From assembly GCA_965219345.1 (NCBI GenBank), contig OZ244732.1:800001-864000 (forward strand): DNA of 64,000 bases, in the 5' to 3' direction. The position numbers were made by a program, and so were the translations under genes. The notes below the pieces were generated by a model. It worked only from the letters and a program-made list of their open reading frames with translations. It was not told the origin of the DNA and ran no database searches. Below, piece after piece: positions 38,310 to 48,530 of this stretch. Within the stretch, counting starts at the first letter, position 1; every line of letters begins with the position of its first letter. Origin of the DNA: Nitrosopumilus sp. Lineage in GTDB: Archaea; Thermoproteota; Nitrososphaeria; Nitrososphaerales; Nitrosopumilaceae.

Positions 38310-41300
38310 ATGAAAAAACAACATCTTCTAGGATTTTTGCTTTTACTTACATCTACCATTGCAATGTTACCAAGCAGTGTTTATGCTATTGAAGCAATTG
38401 ATTCTGATGGGGATGGCATCTCTAATGATGTGGATTCCTGTCCTTCTCTTTTAGAAGACTATGAGGGTACTATTGATGGCTGCCCATCAAACTTTGTTCC
38501 ATGGTATGATGCTGACAGTGATGGACTACAAGATCATCTTGATAATTGTCCAACTGTAAAGGAAAATTACAACAAATTCCAAGACGAAGACGGATGTCCT
38601 GACTTGTCACCTGATGGCGGCAACGGTATTCATGATACTGACAGTGACGGTTTTCCAGATGTTTTAGACTTGTGTCCAACCCAACCAGAGACATTCAATG
38701 GTATTGATGACAAGGACGGCTGCCCTGATGATATCTTTTCTTTACTAGATAGTGATCAAGATGGAATTTCTGATTCTTTGGATACATGTCCATTAAAACC
38801 CGAAACTTACAATAGATTCCAAGATAATGACGGCTGCCCCGATTCAGTTGATACAGTAGACCCAACCTATACTTTCTCAGATGCTGACGGTGATGGAATT
38901 GATGACAGATGGGATCAATGTCTAAACGAACCAGAAAACTTTAATGGATACTTGGATTGGGACGGCTGCCCAGATGTTAAGGGTACAACTGCAGGTGATA
39001 TGCCTGATGCTGATTATGACGGAATTCCAGATCATGATGATGCTTGTCCATTAGAACGTGAGAATTATAATAGATTCCAAGACGATGACGGCTGTCCTGA
39101 CAGTATTGATTTCCAAACGGTTGGTGATTCTGACGGTGATAGCATTTATGATGATGTAGATCAATGTCCTTATGCTAAAGAAACATACAACTTTTACTTA
39201 GACGATGACGGCTGTCCTGATTTTATAGCAGACAACAAATTAACCGCTGATACTGACGGTGACAGTATTCCAGATCAATTGGACTTGTGTCCAACCCAAC
39301 CAGAGACATACAATGGGTTCCAGGATGGTGACGGCTGCCCCGATCGTTTTGATTCCAAACTTGATTCTGATATGGATGGAATTATGGACATCTCTGATGC
39401 TTGTCCATTAGAACGTGAGAATTATAACAAATTCCAAGATAATGACGGCTGCCCCGATTCAGTTGATACAGTAGACTCAACCTATACTTTCTCAGATGCT
39501 GACGGTGATGGAGTTGATGACAGATGGGATCAATGTCTAAACGAACCAGAAAACTTTAATGGATACTTGGATTGGGACGGCTGCCCAGATGTTAAGGGTA
39601 CAACTGCAGGTGATATACCTGATGCTGATTATGACGGAATTCCAGATCATTTAGACAAATGCCCAACATTAGCTGAAAGATACAACAAATTCCAAGACGA
39701 TGACGGCTGTCCTGACAGTATTGATTTCCAAACGGTTGGCGATTCTGACGGTGATGCTATCTATGATGATGTAGATCAATGTCCTTATGCTAAAGAAACA
39801 TACAACTTTTACTTAGACGATGACGGCTGTCCTGATTTTATAGCAGACAACAAATTAACCGCTGATACTGACGGTGACAGTATTCCAGATCAATTAGACT
39901 TGTGTCCAACCCAACCAGAGACATACAATGGGTTCCAGGATGGTGACGGCTGCCCCGATCGTTTTGATTCCAAACTTGATTCTGATATGGATGGAATTAT
40001 GGACATCTCTGATGCTTGTCCATTAGAACGTGAGAATTATAACAAATTCCAAGATAATGACGGCTGCCCCGATTCAGTTGATACAGTAGACTCAACCTAT
40101 ACTTTCTCAGATGCTGACGGTGATGGAATTGATGACAGATGGGATCAATGTCTAAACGAACCAGAAAACTTTAATGGATACTTGGATTGGGACGGCTGCC
40201 CAGATGTTAAGGGTACAACTGCAGGTGATATGCCTGATGCTGATTATGACGGAATTCCAGATCATGATGATGCTTGTCCATTAGAACGTGAGAATTATAA
40301 TAGATTCCAAGACGATGACGGCTGTCCTGACAGTATTGATTTCCAAACGGTTGGCGATTCTGACGGTGATAGCATTTATGATGATGTAGATCAATGTCCT
40401 TATGCTAAAGAAACATACAACTTTTACTTAGACGATGACGGCTGTCCTGATTTTATAGCAGACAACAAATTAACCGCTGATACTGACGGTGACAGTATTC
40501 CAGATCAATTAGACTTGTGTCCAACCCAACCAGAGACATACAATGGGTTCCAAGATGGTGACGGCTGCCCCGATCGTTTTGATTCCAAACTTGATTCTGA
40601 TATGGATGGCATTGTAGATGTATTCGATACATGTCCACTAGAACCTGAAACATACAACTTTTACTTAGACGATGACGGCTGTCCTGATCCTATTAATGAA
40701 GTAGACTCAACCTATACTTTCTCAGATGCTGACGGTGATGGAGTTGATGACAGATGGGATCAATGTATTGATGAGCAAGAGAACTTTAATGGATACTTGG
40801 ATTGGGACGGCTGCCCAGATGTTAAGGGTACAACTGCAGGTGATATACCTGATGCTGATTATGACGGAATTCCAGATCATTTAGACAAATGCCCAACATT
40901 AGCTGAAAGATACAACAAATTCCAAGACGATGACGGCTGTCCTGACAGTATTGATTTCCAAACGGTTGGTGATTCTGACGGTGATGCTATCTATGATGAT
41001 GTAGATCAATGTCCAACATTAGCTGAAACATACAACTTTTACTTAGACGATGACGGCTGTCCTGATTTTATAGCAGACAACAAATTAACCGCTGATACTG
41101 ACGGTGACAGTATTCCAGATCAATTGGACTTGTGTCCAACCCAACCAGAGACATACAATGGGTTCCAGGATGGTGACGGCTGCCCCGATCGTTTTGATTC
41201 CAAACTTGATTCTGATATGGATGGAATTATGGACATCTCTGATGCTTGTCCATTAGAACGTGAGAATTATAACAAATTCCAAGATAATGACGGCTGCCCC

Positions 41301-41699
41301 GATTCAGTTGATACAGTAGACTCAACCTATACTTTCCCAGATGCTGACGGTGATGGAGTTGATGACAGATGGGATCAATGTATTGATGAGCAAGAGAACT
41401 TTAATGGATACTTGGATTGGGACGGCTGCCCAGATGTACTTGGGGCAGAATCATCTATTCCTAAATATGCAGATTCTGACGGAGATGGATACCAAGATGC
41501 TAATGATTCTTGTCCAACAAACCCAGAAACTTGGAATAAATATCTAGATTGGGATGGCTGCCCAGATATTGTTCCAGAACAACAGAGATTTGTTCATGAT
41601 GATGATCTAGACAGTATCGTTAATGATCAAGATTCATGTCCTTTAGAACCCGAAGATTATGATGGCGATAGAGATACAGACGGCTGCCCGGATCCATAA
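38310..41699 (+). CDS. Secreted thrombospondin type-3-repeat protein 2
   Basis: Signal peptide, the same repeat unit, and large internal tandem duplications. Confidence 0.9.
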   Translation: MKKQHLLGFLLLLTSTIAMLPSSVYAIEAIDSDGDGISNDVDSCPSLLEDYEGTIDGCPSNFVPWYDADSDGLQDHLDNCPTVKENYNKFQDEDGCPDLSPDGGNGIHDTDSDGFPDVLDLCPTQPETFNGIDDKDGCPDDIFSLLDSDQDGISDSLDTCPLKPETYNRFQDNDGCPDSVDTVDPTYTFSDADGDGIDDRWDQCLNEPENFNGYLDWDGCPDVKGTTAGDMPDADYDGIPDHDDACPLERENYNRFQDDDGCPDSIDFQTVGDSDGDSIYDDVDQCPYAKETYNFYLDDDGCPDFIADNKLTADTDGDSIPDQLDLCPTQPETYNGFQDGDGCPDRFDSKLDSDMDGIMDISDACPLERENYNKFQDNDGCPDSVDTVDSTYTFSDADGDGVDDRWDQCLNEPENFNGYLDWDGCPDVKGTTAGDIPDADYDGIPDHLDKCPTLAERYNKFQDDDGCPDSIDFQTVGDSDGDAIYDDVDQCPYAKETYNFYLDDDGCPDFIADNKLTADTDGDSIPDQLDLCPTQPETYNGFQDGDGCPDRFDSKLDSDMDGIMDISDACPLERENYNKFQDNDGCPDSVDTVDSTYTFSDADGDGIDDRWDQCLNEPENFNGYLDWDGCPDVKGTTAGDMPDADYDGIPDHDDACPLERENYNRFQDDDGCPDSIDFQTVGDSDGDSIYDDVDQCPYAKETYNFYLDDDGCPDFIADNKLTADTDGDSIPDQLDLCPTQPETYNGFQDGDGCPDRFDSKLDSDMDGIVDVFDTCPLEPETYNFYLDDDGCPDPINEVDSTYTFSDADGDGVDDRWDQCIDEQENFNGYLDWDGCPDVKGTTAGDIPDADYDGIPDHLDKCPTLAERYNKFQDDDGCPDSIDFQTVGDSDGDAIYDDVDQCPTLAETYNFYLDDDGCPDFIADNKLTADTDGDSIPDQLDLCPTQPETYNGFQDGDGCPDRFDSKLDSDMDGIMDISDACPLERENYNKFQDNDGCPDSVDTVDSTYTFPDADGDGVDDRWDQCIDEQENFNGYLDWDGCPDVLGAESSIPKYADSDGDGYQDANDSCPTNPETWNKYLDWDGCPDIVPEQQRFVHDDDLDSIVNDQDSCPLEPEDYDGDRDTDGCPDP
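38821..41435 (+). repeat. Four near-identical 615-bp tandem units plus a partial fifth
   Basis: Anchor AAGATAATGACGGCTGCCCC at 38821, 39436, 40051 and 41281 (variant at 40666). Confidence 0.92.
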
Positions 41700-41784
41700 A
41701 CATTATTTTCTTAATTTCAAAATTATAGAAGAATCTATTTAACGTGAGACTTAATAAATACTTGATAATAGCGATGTCAGGAGA

Positions 41785-43941
41785 ATGAAAAAACATTATA
41801 TTTTAGGATTTTTGCTTTTACTTACATCTACCATTGCAATGTTACCAAGCAGTGTTTATGCTATTGAAGCAATTGATTCTGATGGGGATGGCGTCTCTAA
41901 TGATGTGGATTTCTGTCCTTCTCTTTTAGAAGACTATGAGGGTACTATTGATGGCTGCCCATCAAACTTTGTTCCATGGTATGATGCTGACAGTGATGGA
42001 CTACAAGATCATCTTGATAATTGTCCAACTGTAAAGGAAAATTACAATAGATTCCAAGACGAAGACGGATGTCCTGACTTGTCACCCGATGACACAAAAG
42101 ATATTGCTGATTCTGATGATGATGGGTATCCTGATTACGTAGACTTGTGTCCGACCCAACCAGAGACATTCAATGGTATTGATGACAAGGACGGCTGCCC
42201 TGATGATATCTTTTCTTTACTAGATAGTGATCAAGATGGAATTTCTGATTCTTTGGATACATGTCCATTAAAACCCGAAACTTACAATAGGTTCCAAGAT
42301 AATGACGGCTGTCCTGATCCTATTAATGAAGTAGACTCAACCTATACTTTTCCAGATTCTGACGGTGATGGAGTTGATGATAGATGGGATCAATGTATTG
42401 ATGAGCCAGAAAACTATAACAGTTATCTAGATAGCGACGGCTGCCCAGATGTATCTGGTGTAACCTCTGGTTTAATTGATTCTGATTTTGATACTATTCA
42501 AGATGAAAATGATGCTTGTCCATTGGAACGTGAGAATTTTAACAAATTCCAAGACGAAGACGGATGTCCTGATATGCTTGAACTTCCAATTGTAGATGAT
42601 CTTGATCATGATGGAATTCCAAATAGTATTGATCAGTGTCCAAATTTTAAAGAAAAATATAACAAATTCCAAGACGAAGACGGCTGCCCTGATTTTATAA
42701 CAGACAATAGATATACTGCTGATACTGACGGTGACAGTATTCCAGATCAATTGGACTTGTGTCCAACCCAACCAGAGACATACAATGGGTTCCAGGATGG
42801 TGACGGCTGCCCCGATCGTTTTGATTCCAAACTTGATTCTGATATGGATGGCATTGTAGATGTATTCGATACATGTCCACTAGAACCTGAAACATACAAC
42901 TTTTACTTGGACGATGACGGCTGTCCCGATTCAGTTGATACAGTAGACTCAACCTACGCTTTCTCAGATGCTGACGGTGATGGAGTTGATGACAGATGGG
43001 ATCAATGTATTGATGAGCAAGAGAACTTTAATGGATACTTGGATTGGGACGGCTGCCCAGATGTTAAGGGTACAATCTCTGAAAGTTTGATTGATTCCGA
43101 TTATGATTATATTCCAGATCATTTAGACAATTGTCCAACATTAGCTGAAAGATACAATGGACTACAAGACGAAGACGGCTGTCCTGACAGTATTGATTTC
43201 CAAATAGTTGGTGATTCTGACGGTGATGCTATTCATGATGATGTAGATGAATGTCCTCTTGCTAAAGAAACCTACAACAAATTCCAAGACGAAGACGGAT
43301 GTCCTGATCCTATACCAAACTACTGGTTTGGCGCTGATACTGACGGTGACAATATTCAAGATCAATTAGACTTGTGTCCAACACAGCCAGAGACATACAA
43401 TGGGTTCCTAGATAGCGACGGTTGCCCAGATAAACAATCATCTATACTTGATTCTGATATGGATGGGATTGTAGATGTCTTAGATACATGCCCACTAGAA
43501 TCTGAAACCTACAACAAATTCCAAGACGAAGACGGATGTCCTGATTCAACTGGCTCTGCTGTGTCATTTTATAGCTTCACAGATGCTGACGGTGATGGAA
43601 TTGATGACAGATGGGATACATGTCTTGATGAGCAAGAGAACTTTAATGGATACTTGGATTGGGACGGCTGCCCAGATGTGTTAGCAGCTGAATCTACAAT
43701 ACCAACAATACTTGATGCTGATGATGATGGATTCAGTGATGCTTTTGATTTATGTCCAACAAGCCCTGAAACATGGAACAAGTACAATGATCATGACGGT
43801 TGCCCAGATATTGCTCCAGAGCAACAGAGATTTGTTCATGATGATGATCTAGACGGCATTATCAACAACGAAGATTTGTGTCCTCTAGAACCTGAGGATT
43901 ATGATGGTGACAGAGACGAAGATGGCTGTAGAGATAATTAG
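41785..43941 (+). CDS. Secreted thrombospondin type-3-repeat protein 3
   Basis: N-terminus nearly identical to protein 2; same repeats. Confidence 0.9.
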   Translation: MKKHYILGFLLLLTSTIAMLPSSVYAIEAIDSDGDGVSNDVDFCPSLLEDYEGTIDGCPSNFVPWYDADSDGLQDHLDNCPTVKENYNRFQDEDGCPDLSPDDTKDIADSDDDGYPDYVDLCPTQPETFNGIDDKDGCPDDIFSLLDSDQDGISDSLDTCPLKPETYNRFQDNDGCPDPINEVDSTYTFPDSDGDGVDDRWDQCIDEPENYNSYLDSDGCPDVSGVTSGLIDSDFDTIQDENDACPLERENFNKFQDEDGCPDMLELPIVDDLDHDGIPNSIDQCPNFKEKYNKFQDEDGCPDFITDNRYTADTDGDSIPDQLDLCPTQPETYNGFQDGDGCPDRFDSKLDSDMDGIVDVFDTCPLEPETYNFYLDDDGCPDSVDTVDSTYAFSDADGDGVDDRWDQCIDEQENFNGYLDWDGCPDVKGTISESLIDSDYDYIPDHLDNCPTLAERYNGLQDEDGCPDSIDFQIVGDSDGDAIHDDVDECPLAKETYNKFQDEDGCPDPIPNYWFGADTDGDNIQDQLDLCPTQPETYNGFLDSDGCPDKQSSILDSDMDGIVDVLDTCPLESETYNKFQDEDGCPDSTGSAVSFYSFTDADGDGIDDRWDTCLDEQENFNGYLDWDGCPDVLAAESTIPTILDADDDGFSDAFDLCPTSPETWNKYNDHDGCPDIAPEQQRFVHDDDLDGIINNEDLCPLEPEDYDGDRDEDGCRDN

Positions 43942-44002
43942 AGCAAACTTTTTTGCACAAATTTTTGCCACAGTAAATATATTTAAATCATAAAATTACC
44001 TC

Positions 44003-44965
44003 ATGCTTCCAAAATTCTCTAGTAGGGCATTTTTAGCTCCTATGGCAGGAGTAAGTAATCCTGCACTTCGATTACAATGTAAACAAAAGGGAGCTGGTCT
44101 CGTTGTTACTGAATTTACTAACATTCATAGTATTATTGCAAAAGAAAAACAACTTAAAAAAAATACTAAAACAATACAAGAATTTATTGAATATTCGGAA
44201 CAAGAACGTCCTATTTCAGTTCAGTTATTTGGTTCTGATCTTCTTGCGTTAGAAAAAGCTGCAAAGATTGTAGAACCTTATTTTGATATTATTGACTATA
44301 ACATGGGATGCCCTGCGCCACATATTACTCAACAAATGGCGGGTGGCGCGCTTCTACAAGAAATAAATCTAACCCAACAAATTTTCAGCACTCTTGTTAA
44401 TGCTGTAAAAAAACCTGTAACACTAAAAATTCGTTCTGGAGTGACAGATGCTAGCAAATTTCTATTTAGGGAAATTGCTGAAATTGCAGAAGATGAAGGA
44501 ATTCAGATGATAACTCTTCACCCCAGAACTGTTAGTCAAGGTTATTCTGGAAGTTCAGATTGGAAGATGATTAAAGAACTTAAAGAAATATCCAACATTC
44601 CAATTGTTGGAAATGGGGATATTGTAACCCCTGAAGATGCTAAAACTATGATTGATGAGACTAGTTGTGATTATGTAATGATTGGCCGTGGTGCAATGGG
44701 AAATCCATTCTTGTTTGAACAAATAAATGATTATCTCAAAACCAACTCTTACAATGAATACTCTTTCAAGGACAGATTGGACTCATTTTTTGATTATTTG
44801 CATCTTACCAATCAATACAAAATCAAATTTGCCAATATCAAAAGTCAAGCAATGAGATTTACAAAAGGCATGAAAGGAGGTTCTAAATTACGTTCAAAAA
44901 TTACTTTTACGAAAAATATTAAAGAACTTGAGAAAATTATGAATAACGCATACACATCATCTTAG
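44003..44965 (+). CDS. dus: tRNA-dihydrouridine synthase
   Basis: LAPMAG, NMGCP, LHPRT, GNGDI, MIGRGA. Confidence 0.95.
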   Translation: MLPKFSSRAFLAPMAGVSNPALRLQCKQKGAGLVVTEFTNIHSIIAKEKQLKKNTKTIQEFIEYSEQERPISVQLFGSDLLALEKAAKIVEPYFDIIDYNMGCPAPHITQQMAGGALLQEINLTQQIFSTLVNAVKKPVTLKIRSGVTDASKFLFREIAEIAEDEGIQMITLHPRTVSQGYSGSSDWKMIKELKEISNIPIVGNGDIVTPEDAKTMIDETSCDYVMIGRGAMGNPFLFEQINDYLKTNSYNEYSFKDRLDSFFDYLHLTNQYKIKFANIKSQAMRFTKGMKGGSKLRSKITFTKNIKELEKIMNNAYTSS

Positions 44966-45105
44966 AAATTCATTAATTTGTTGTATATTACTTTACATTT
45001 GTTTATGATTTAACCTAAATTGATATTGGATTTTTAGGCAAACTAGACCATTCTTATATATTTCAAGATGGCATTTTATGTATGAAAATAGGAATTGAAT
45101 CATAA

Positions 45106-45345
45106 TTGGCAACAGCTTATGTTCTCATAAACTGTGAGCTCGGTTCTGAAGAAGCAGTAATATCAGAACTAAAATCAATTGAAGGAGTTGTTGAAGTACA
45201 TGGTACATTTGGTGCATATGATATCTTGGCTAAAGTAAAATCCGACCAGGTAGAAGCACTACGTGAGACTATTACTTGGAAGATAAGAAAAATTCCTAAA
45301 ATCAGATCAACTCTGACATTAATGGGGATTGAAGGACAAGAATAA
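45106..45345 (+). CDS. Lrp/AsnC ligand-binding (RAM) domain protein
   Basis: AYVLINC...GAYDILAKV...IRSTLTL. Confidence 0.9.
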   Translation: MATAYVLINCELGSEEAVISELKSIEGVVEVHGTFGAYDILAKVKSDQVEALRETITWKIRKIPKIRSTLTLMGIEGQE

Positions 45346-45565
45346 TCCTTCAAAATCCTTTGCTTTTATACTTAGATTGTAATACATACTATCCCTTCAA
45401 AAAACACGTCCCCCAAAGGGATACCACACTGAGAGAACGGAGTTATTCTCTCAGCAGAATTATAACAAATGAAATGATTATGTGGTTTTATTCAAATTTT
45501 ATGATAAAATTAATTGGTTATTGCATTATCCTCTGACCTTTTTAGTATAGAAAAAAGGGAAAATT

Positions 45566-45742
45566 ATGAAAAGTGATGAAAAAAGATCTCATAGGCTAAA
45601 CTATCTTTTGAAGTACTATTTGATTAATCCAAAAGAAAATGATCTCTATCAAAGAGCCAAACAAATGGGAGTATCAGATTCTACTGCAAAGGATTACATC
45701 AGAACAGTCATTATTCAAGCCCAAAAAATCTATTCAAAATAG
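45566..45742 (+). CDS. Small HTH-like protein (58 aa, below the ORF-track cutoff)
   Basis: MKSDEKRSHRLNYLLKYYL...RAKQMGVSDSTAKDYIRTV; AAGGGA upstream. Confidence 0.65.
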   Translation: MKSDEKRSHRLNYLLKYYLINPKENDLYQRAKQMGVSDSTAKDYIRTVIIQAQKIYSK

Positions 45743-45850
45743 ATTTATGGATTATTTAAAAAATTGAATTAAACCTATTTTTTCTCATGAAGGAATCATT
45801 AGTAATCTTAAACAAGGTATTCATAAATAATCAAAGAAGAGAAAATACAC

Positions 45851-46537
45851 ATGGCTGATTCATTACTTGATGATGTAAAGGCTCTTTTGGACAAGGACTT
45901 GGGAGATGACCGAATTTTAAAGCAAATTTGTAGGGCTTGTGAAAATGATGAAGCCATTAGCAATTATGAAAAAAATTATGTTAGAGAATTAGCAGAAAAG
46001 CATCTAGGAAGAAGACCAGAAGTTGTTCAAACCCAATTATCTGTTGAAGAAACTCCAATAATTCCAGATGTTGTTATCCCAGAAACTCCACCTGTTCAAA
46101 AAATTCAGACATTTCAACCTTCTCCGCCAAGAATATTATCCTCTTTTTCAAAAAATTCAAAATTAATGTTAGGTTTTGGTGGTGTTGCTTTGGTAATAAT
46201 TGTTGCAATTGCTGCTTCATTTAATGGCGTTTCTGATGTAATACCAACTGACTCAATTTCAGATACTTTATCAATTCAAACTGATTTATCATCCTATAAT
46301 GAAAAAGACATTATTTCAATTAGTGGCATATCTGATACCTCAGGAACTGTGAACCTTTCAATTGAAAATAAAAATAATGAACTTGTATGGGCAGAACAAG
46401 TTTCTCTAAAAAGTGATGGAAAATATTCAACATTAGCTATTGCTGGAGGCCCAGGATGGGAAAGTTCTGGTACTTATACAATCTACATAGACAATGGCAA
46501 AGAAGCAAAATCCAATACATTTTCATTTACTGTATAA
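45851..46537 (+). CDS. Hypothetical membrane protein with Ig-like C-terminal domain
   Basis: Central TM helix; beta-rich C-terminus W..SGTYTI. Confidence 0.75.
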   Translation: MADSLLDDVKALLDKDLGDDRILKQICRACENDEAISNYEKNYVRELAEKHLGRRPEVVQTQLSVEETPIIPDVVIPETPPVQKIQTFQPSPPRILSSFSKNSKLMLGFGGVALVIIVAIAASFNGVSDVIPTDSISDTLSIQTDLSSYNEKDIISISGISDTSGTVNLSIENKNNELVWAEQVSLKSDGKYSTLAIAGGPGWESSGTYTIYIDNGKEAKSNTFSFTV

Positions 46538-47114
46538 TTCTTTCAAATTCCTTCCAATGAAAATCAACCATATCTCTAAGCTTCTCTACACTAATTTCTT
46601 CCATATATTCACGATAAACTATGAATTTGTTTTGTCTACCTGAACCTTTACCATAAGTATCATTGGTGTTTTTTGGAATTGCCCCCGATTTCCATTGAGT
46701 CATCTCAAAAACCCATATTGTTGAGTCTGGATTTGAAAAATCAATGTCATCACATCCAACAACATAAAGAAAACATTTTGTTGATAGGTTTAACTTTTCA
46801 TGTAATTTTTCATATGCTATCATTTGACCTTTAGGAATATTGATCTTATCATTATGGAATCCTTTGAATTCCAAGATTACAAAACTTCCTTTGTGTTCAA
46901 TAAGCCAATCTATATCGGTTCCCCCTGAAGCTATCATTCCATGAACAATTAGATTACCCAAAACTTCTCTTCCACGAGTAAATTCTGATTCGTTAAAAAT
47001 CTGATATTTTGCCTTTGGGCTTTTACGAATAATTTGTTTAGAATTATGTTTAGAATGGATTGGATTTTCCTTTTCGTATATAGTATCAATCAATTCGTTC
47101 GTATCATTTACCAT
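46527..47114 (-). CDS. Hypothetical protein, possible PD-(D/E)xK nuclease fold
   Basis: TDIDWLIE...ILEFK...GQMIAY pattern. Confidence 0.55.
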   Translation of the reverse strand: MVNDTNELIDTIYEKENPIHSKHNSKQIIRKSPKAKYQIFNESEFTRGREVLGNLIVHGMIASGGTDIDWLIEHKGSFVILEFKGFHNDKINIPKGQMIAYEKLHEKLNLSTKCFLYVVGCDDIDFSNPDSTIWVFEMTQWKSGAIPKNTNDTYGKGSGRQNKFIVYREYMEEISVEKLRDMVDFHWKEFERIIQ

Positions 47115-47184
47115 AATGCTGAAATTTTTAACTTGATGATAAGAGAGTTTGTAAAATTTAGTAAAGTTAAACTATTTTTCTGAT

Positions 47185-47406
47185 TTATCTACAGCAAAAT
47201 TCTCCTCCTGCCCCCTTATATAAAACAAAATATTCATTCTGATTCTTTCTGTCTTTTTTACTATTCAAAGCATCTTGATACATTTCAAAATGCTCAACTA
47301 GATACAATTGATTTTCAGAATCTGCAAAATAGTCTATTCCAACTAAATCAAATCCAGATTCAGGAGTCAGTTTGATCTTTTCTTTTTCGAAGATGTCTTT
47401 AGTCAA
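47185..47406 (-). CDS. Hypothetical protein
   Basis: 73-aa ORF co-oriented with tbp. Confidence 0.65.
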   Translation of the reverse strand: MTKDIFEKEKIKLTPESGFDLVGIDYFADSENQLYLVEHFEMYQDALNSKKDRKNQNEYFVLYKGAGGEFCCR

Positions 47407-47441
47407 TTTTTAATTTTTTGAAATATTTGAATTTAGAAAAA

Positions 47442-48005
47442 TTATTGATCATAAATCATTAGTTTCTTTTCTTCTAATAACGCATGCAAGTTATGAATAG
47501 AACGATAAACATCAGATTCTTTTTTAGCACCGGTACATACCAATTTTCCTGATGCAAATAATAATATCACAGTTTTTGGATCAAGCATTCTATGTATAAG
47601 TCCCGGAAATTGCTCTGGTTCATACATACTTCTTGGTAATGTTCTTGCTGCTTGTTCTAAGTGAATTTTACCACCAAGATTAATTGCAGCTACAATATTT
47701 TGTACCGTAATTACCGCATCTTTTTTTACTTTTACTTTTCCCCTTCTTAGTTTTTGAACAACTGTGTTTACAGCTTTGATTGCCATATCTTCAGATTTAG
47801 CACCGGTACACACCATCTTTCCTGTTCTAAAAATTAAGGTTGCAGTTCTAGGGCTCTTTAATCTAAAAACAAGTCCAGGAAATTGTTCAGGATGATATTC
47901 AGTATCTGGAAATTTTTTTGTAATTTCAATTAGATCAAGTTTTTGGTCAACCGATGCAGATGCAACTACATTTTCAACACTAACAATTGGCTTTGTTTGA
48001 GGCAT
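47442..48005 (-). CDS. tbp: TATA-box-binding protein
   Basis: Two repeats of N(V/I)VA...PEQFPGL...F.(T/S)GK.VCTGAK. Confidence 0.97.
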   Translation of the reverse strand: MPQTKPIVSVENVVASASVDQKLDLIEITKKFPDTEYHPEQFPGLVFRLKSPRTATLIFRTGKMVCTGAKSEDMAIKAVNTVVQKLRRGKVKVKKDAVITVQNIVAAINLGGKIHLEQAARTLPRSMYEPEQFPGLIHRMLDPKTVILLFASGKLVCTGAKKESDVYRSIHNLHALLEEKKLMIYDQ

Positions 48006-48070
48006 AACACCGGACTTTAAATAGACCTTTATATATACTAGTGAGACTTTGCTTGAAACCTTGAGTTAAT

Positions 48071-48526
48071 CTAATGGTGTCCTATCCATTGATAACGATA
48101 TTCTTCATCAATGATATCTGCAACTATCTCCTTGTTTTTGATTTTTATTTTAGGAAAATCTATCTCAAAAAATCCCAATTTACCTTTACATGGAACTGGA
48201 ATTCTAAATGATTTTATATTTTTTAACATAAATCCAAAAGTTCTATCATGAAAATTTTTTGAAGCTAAATGAAATTTTTGATCTGCTTTTACTTCCTTAA
48301 TTGAGTTATATTTTTTTACTTCATAAAGTTCTGCTTTGCCAATTATTGCGCCTGTAACTAATTTCTTATTTATTTTTAATCTCTTACAATCTTCTGTTCT
48401 AATTTTAACTGGAGCATGGATCAAAAATTCTCCACGGAAATTTGTACTCCATTTTCTCAATTCAATAATTTTTTTACCAGAAATTATTAAATCTGCAAAT
48501 GGTTGAGATACTGATAGACATTTCAA
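48071..48526 (-). CDS. ASCH-domain protein
   Basis: CLSVSQPFADLIISGKKIIELR, LIHA, GAIIG, KGKLGFF; likely TTG start at 48526. Confidence 0.9.
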   Translation of the reverse strand: MKCLSVSQPFADLIISGKKIIELRKWSTNFRGEFLIHAPVKIRTEDCKRLKINKKLVTGAIIGKAELYEVKKYNSIKEVKADQKFHLASKNFHDRTFGFMLKNIKSFRIPVPCKGKLGFFEIDFPKIKIKNKEIVADIIDEEYRYQWIGHH

Positions 48527-48530
48527 AATA

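Noticed and set aside
35931-43941. Regularly spaced GACGGCTGYCCNGA repeats resembling a CRISPR array
   Set aside because: They are in-frame codons of TSP3 modules (DGCPD) with synonymous variation; the spacers are homologous and no cas genes are present.
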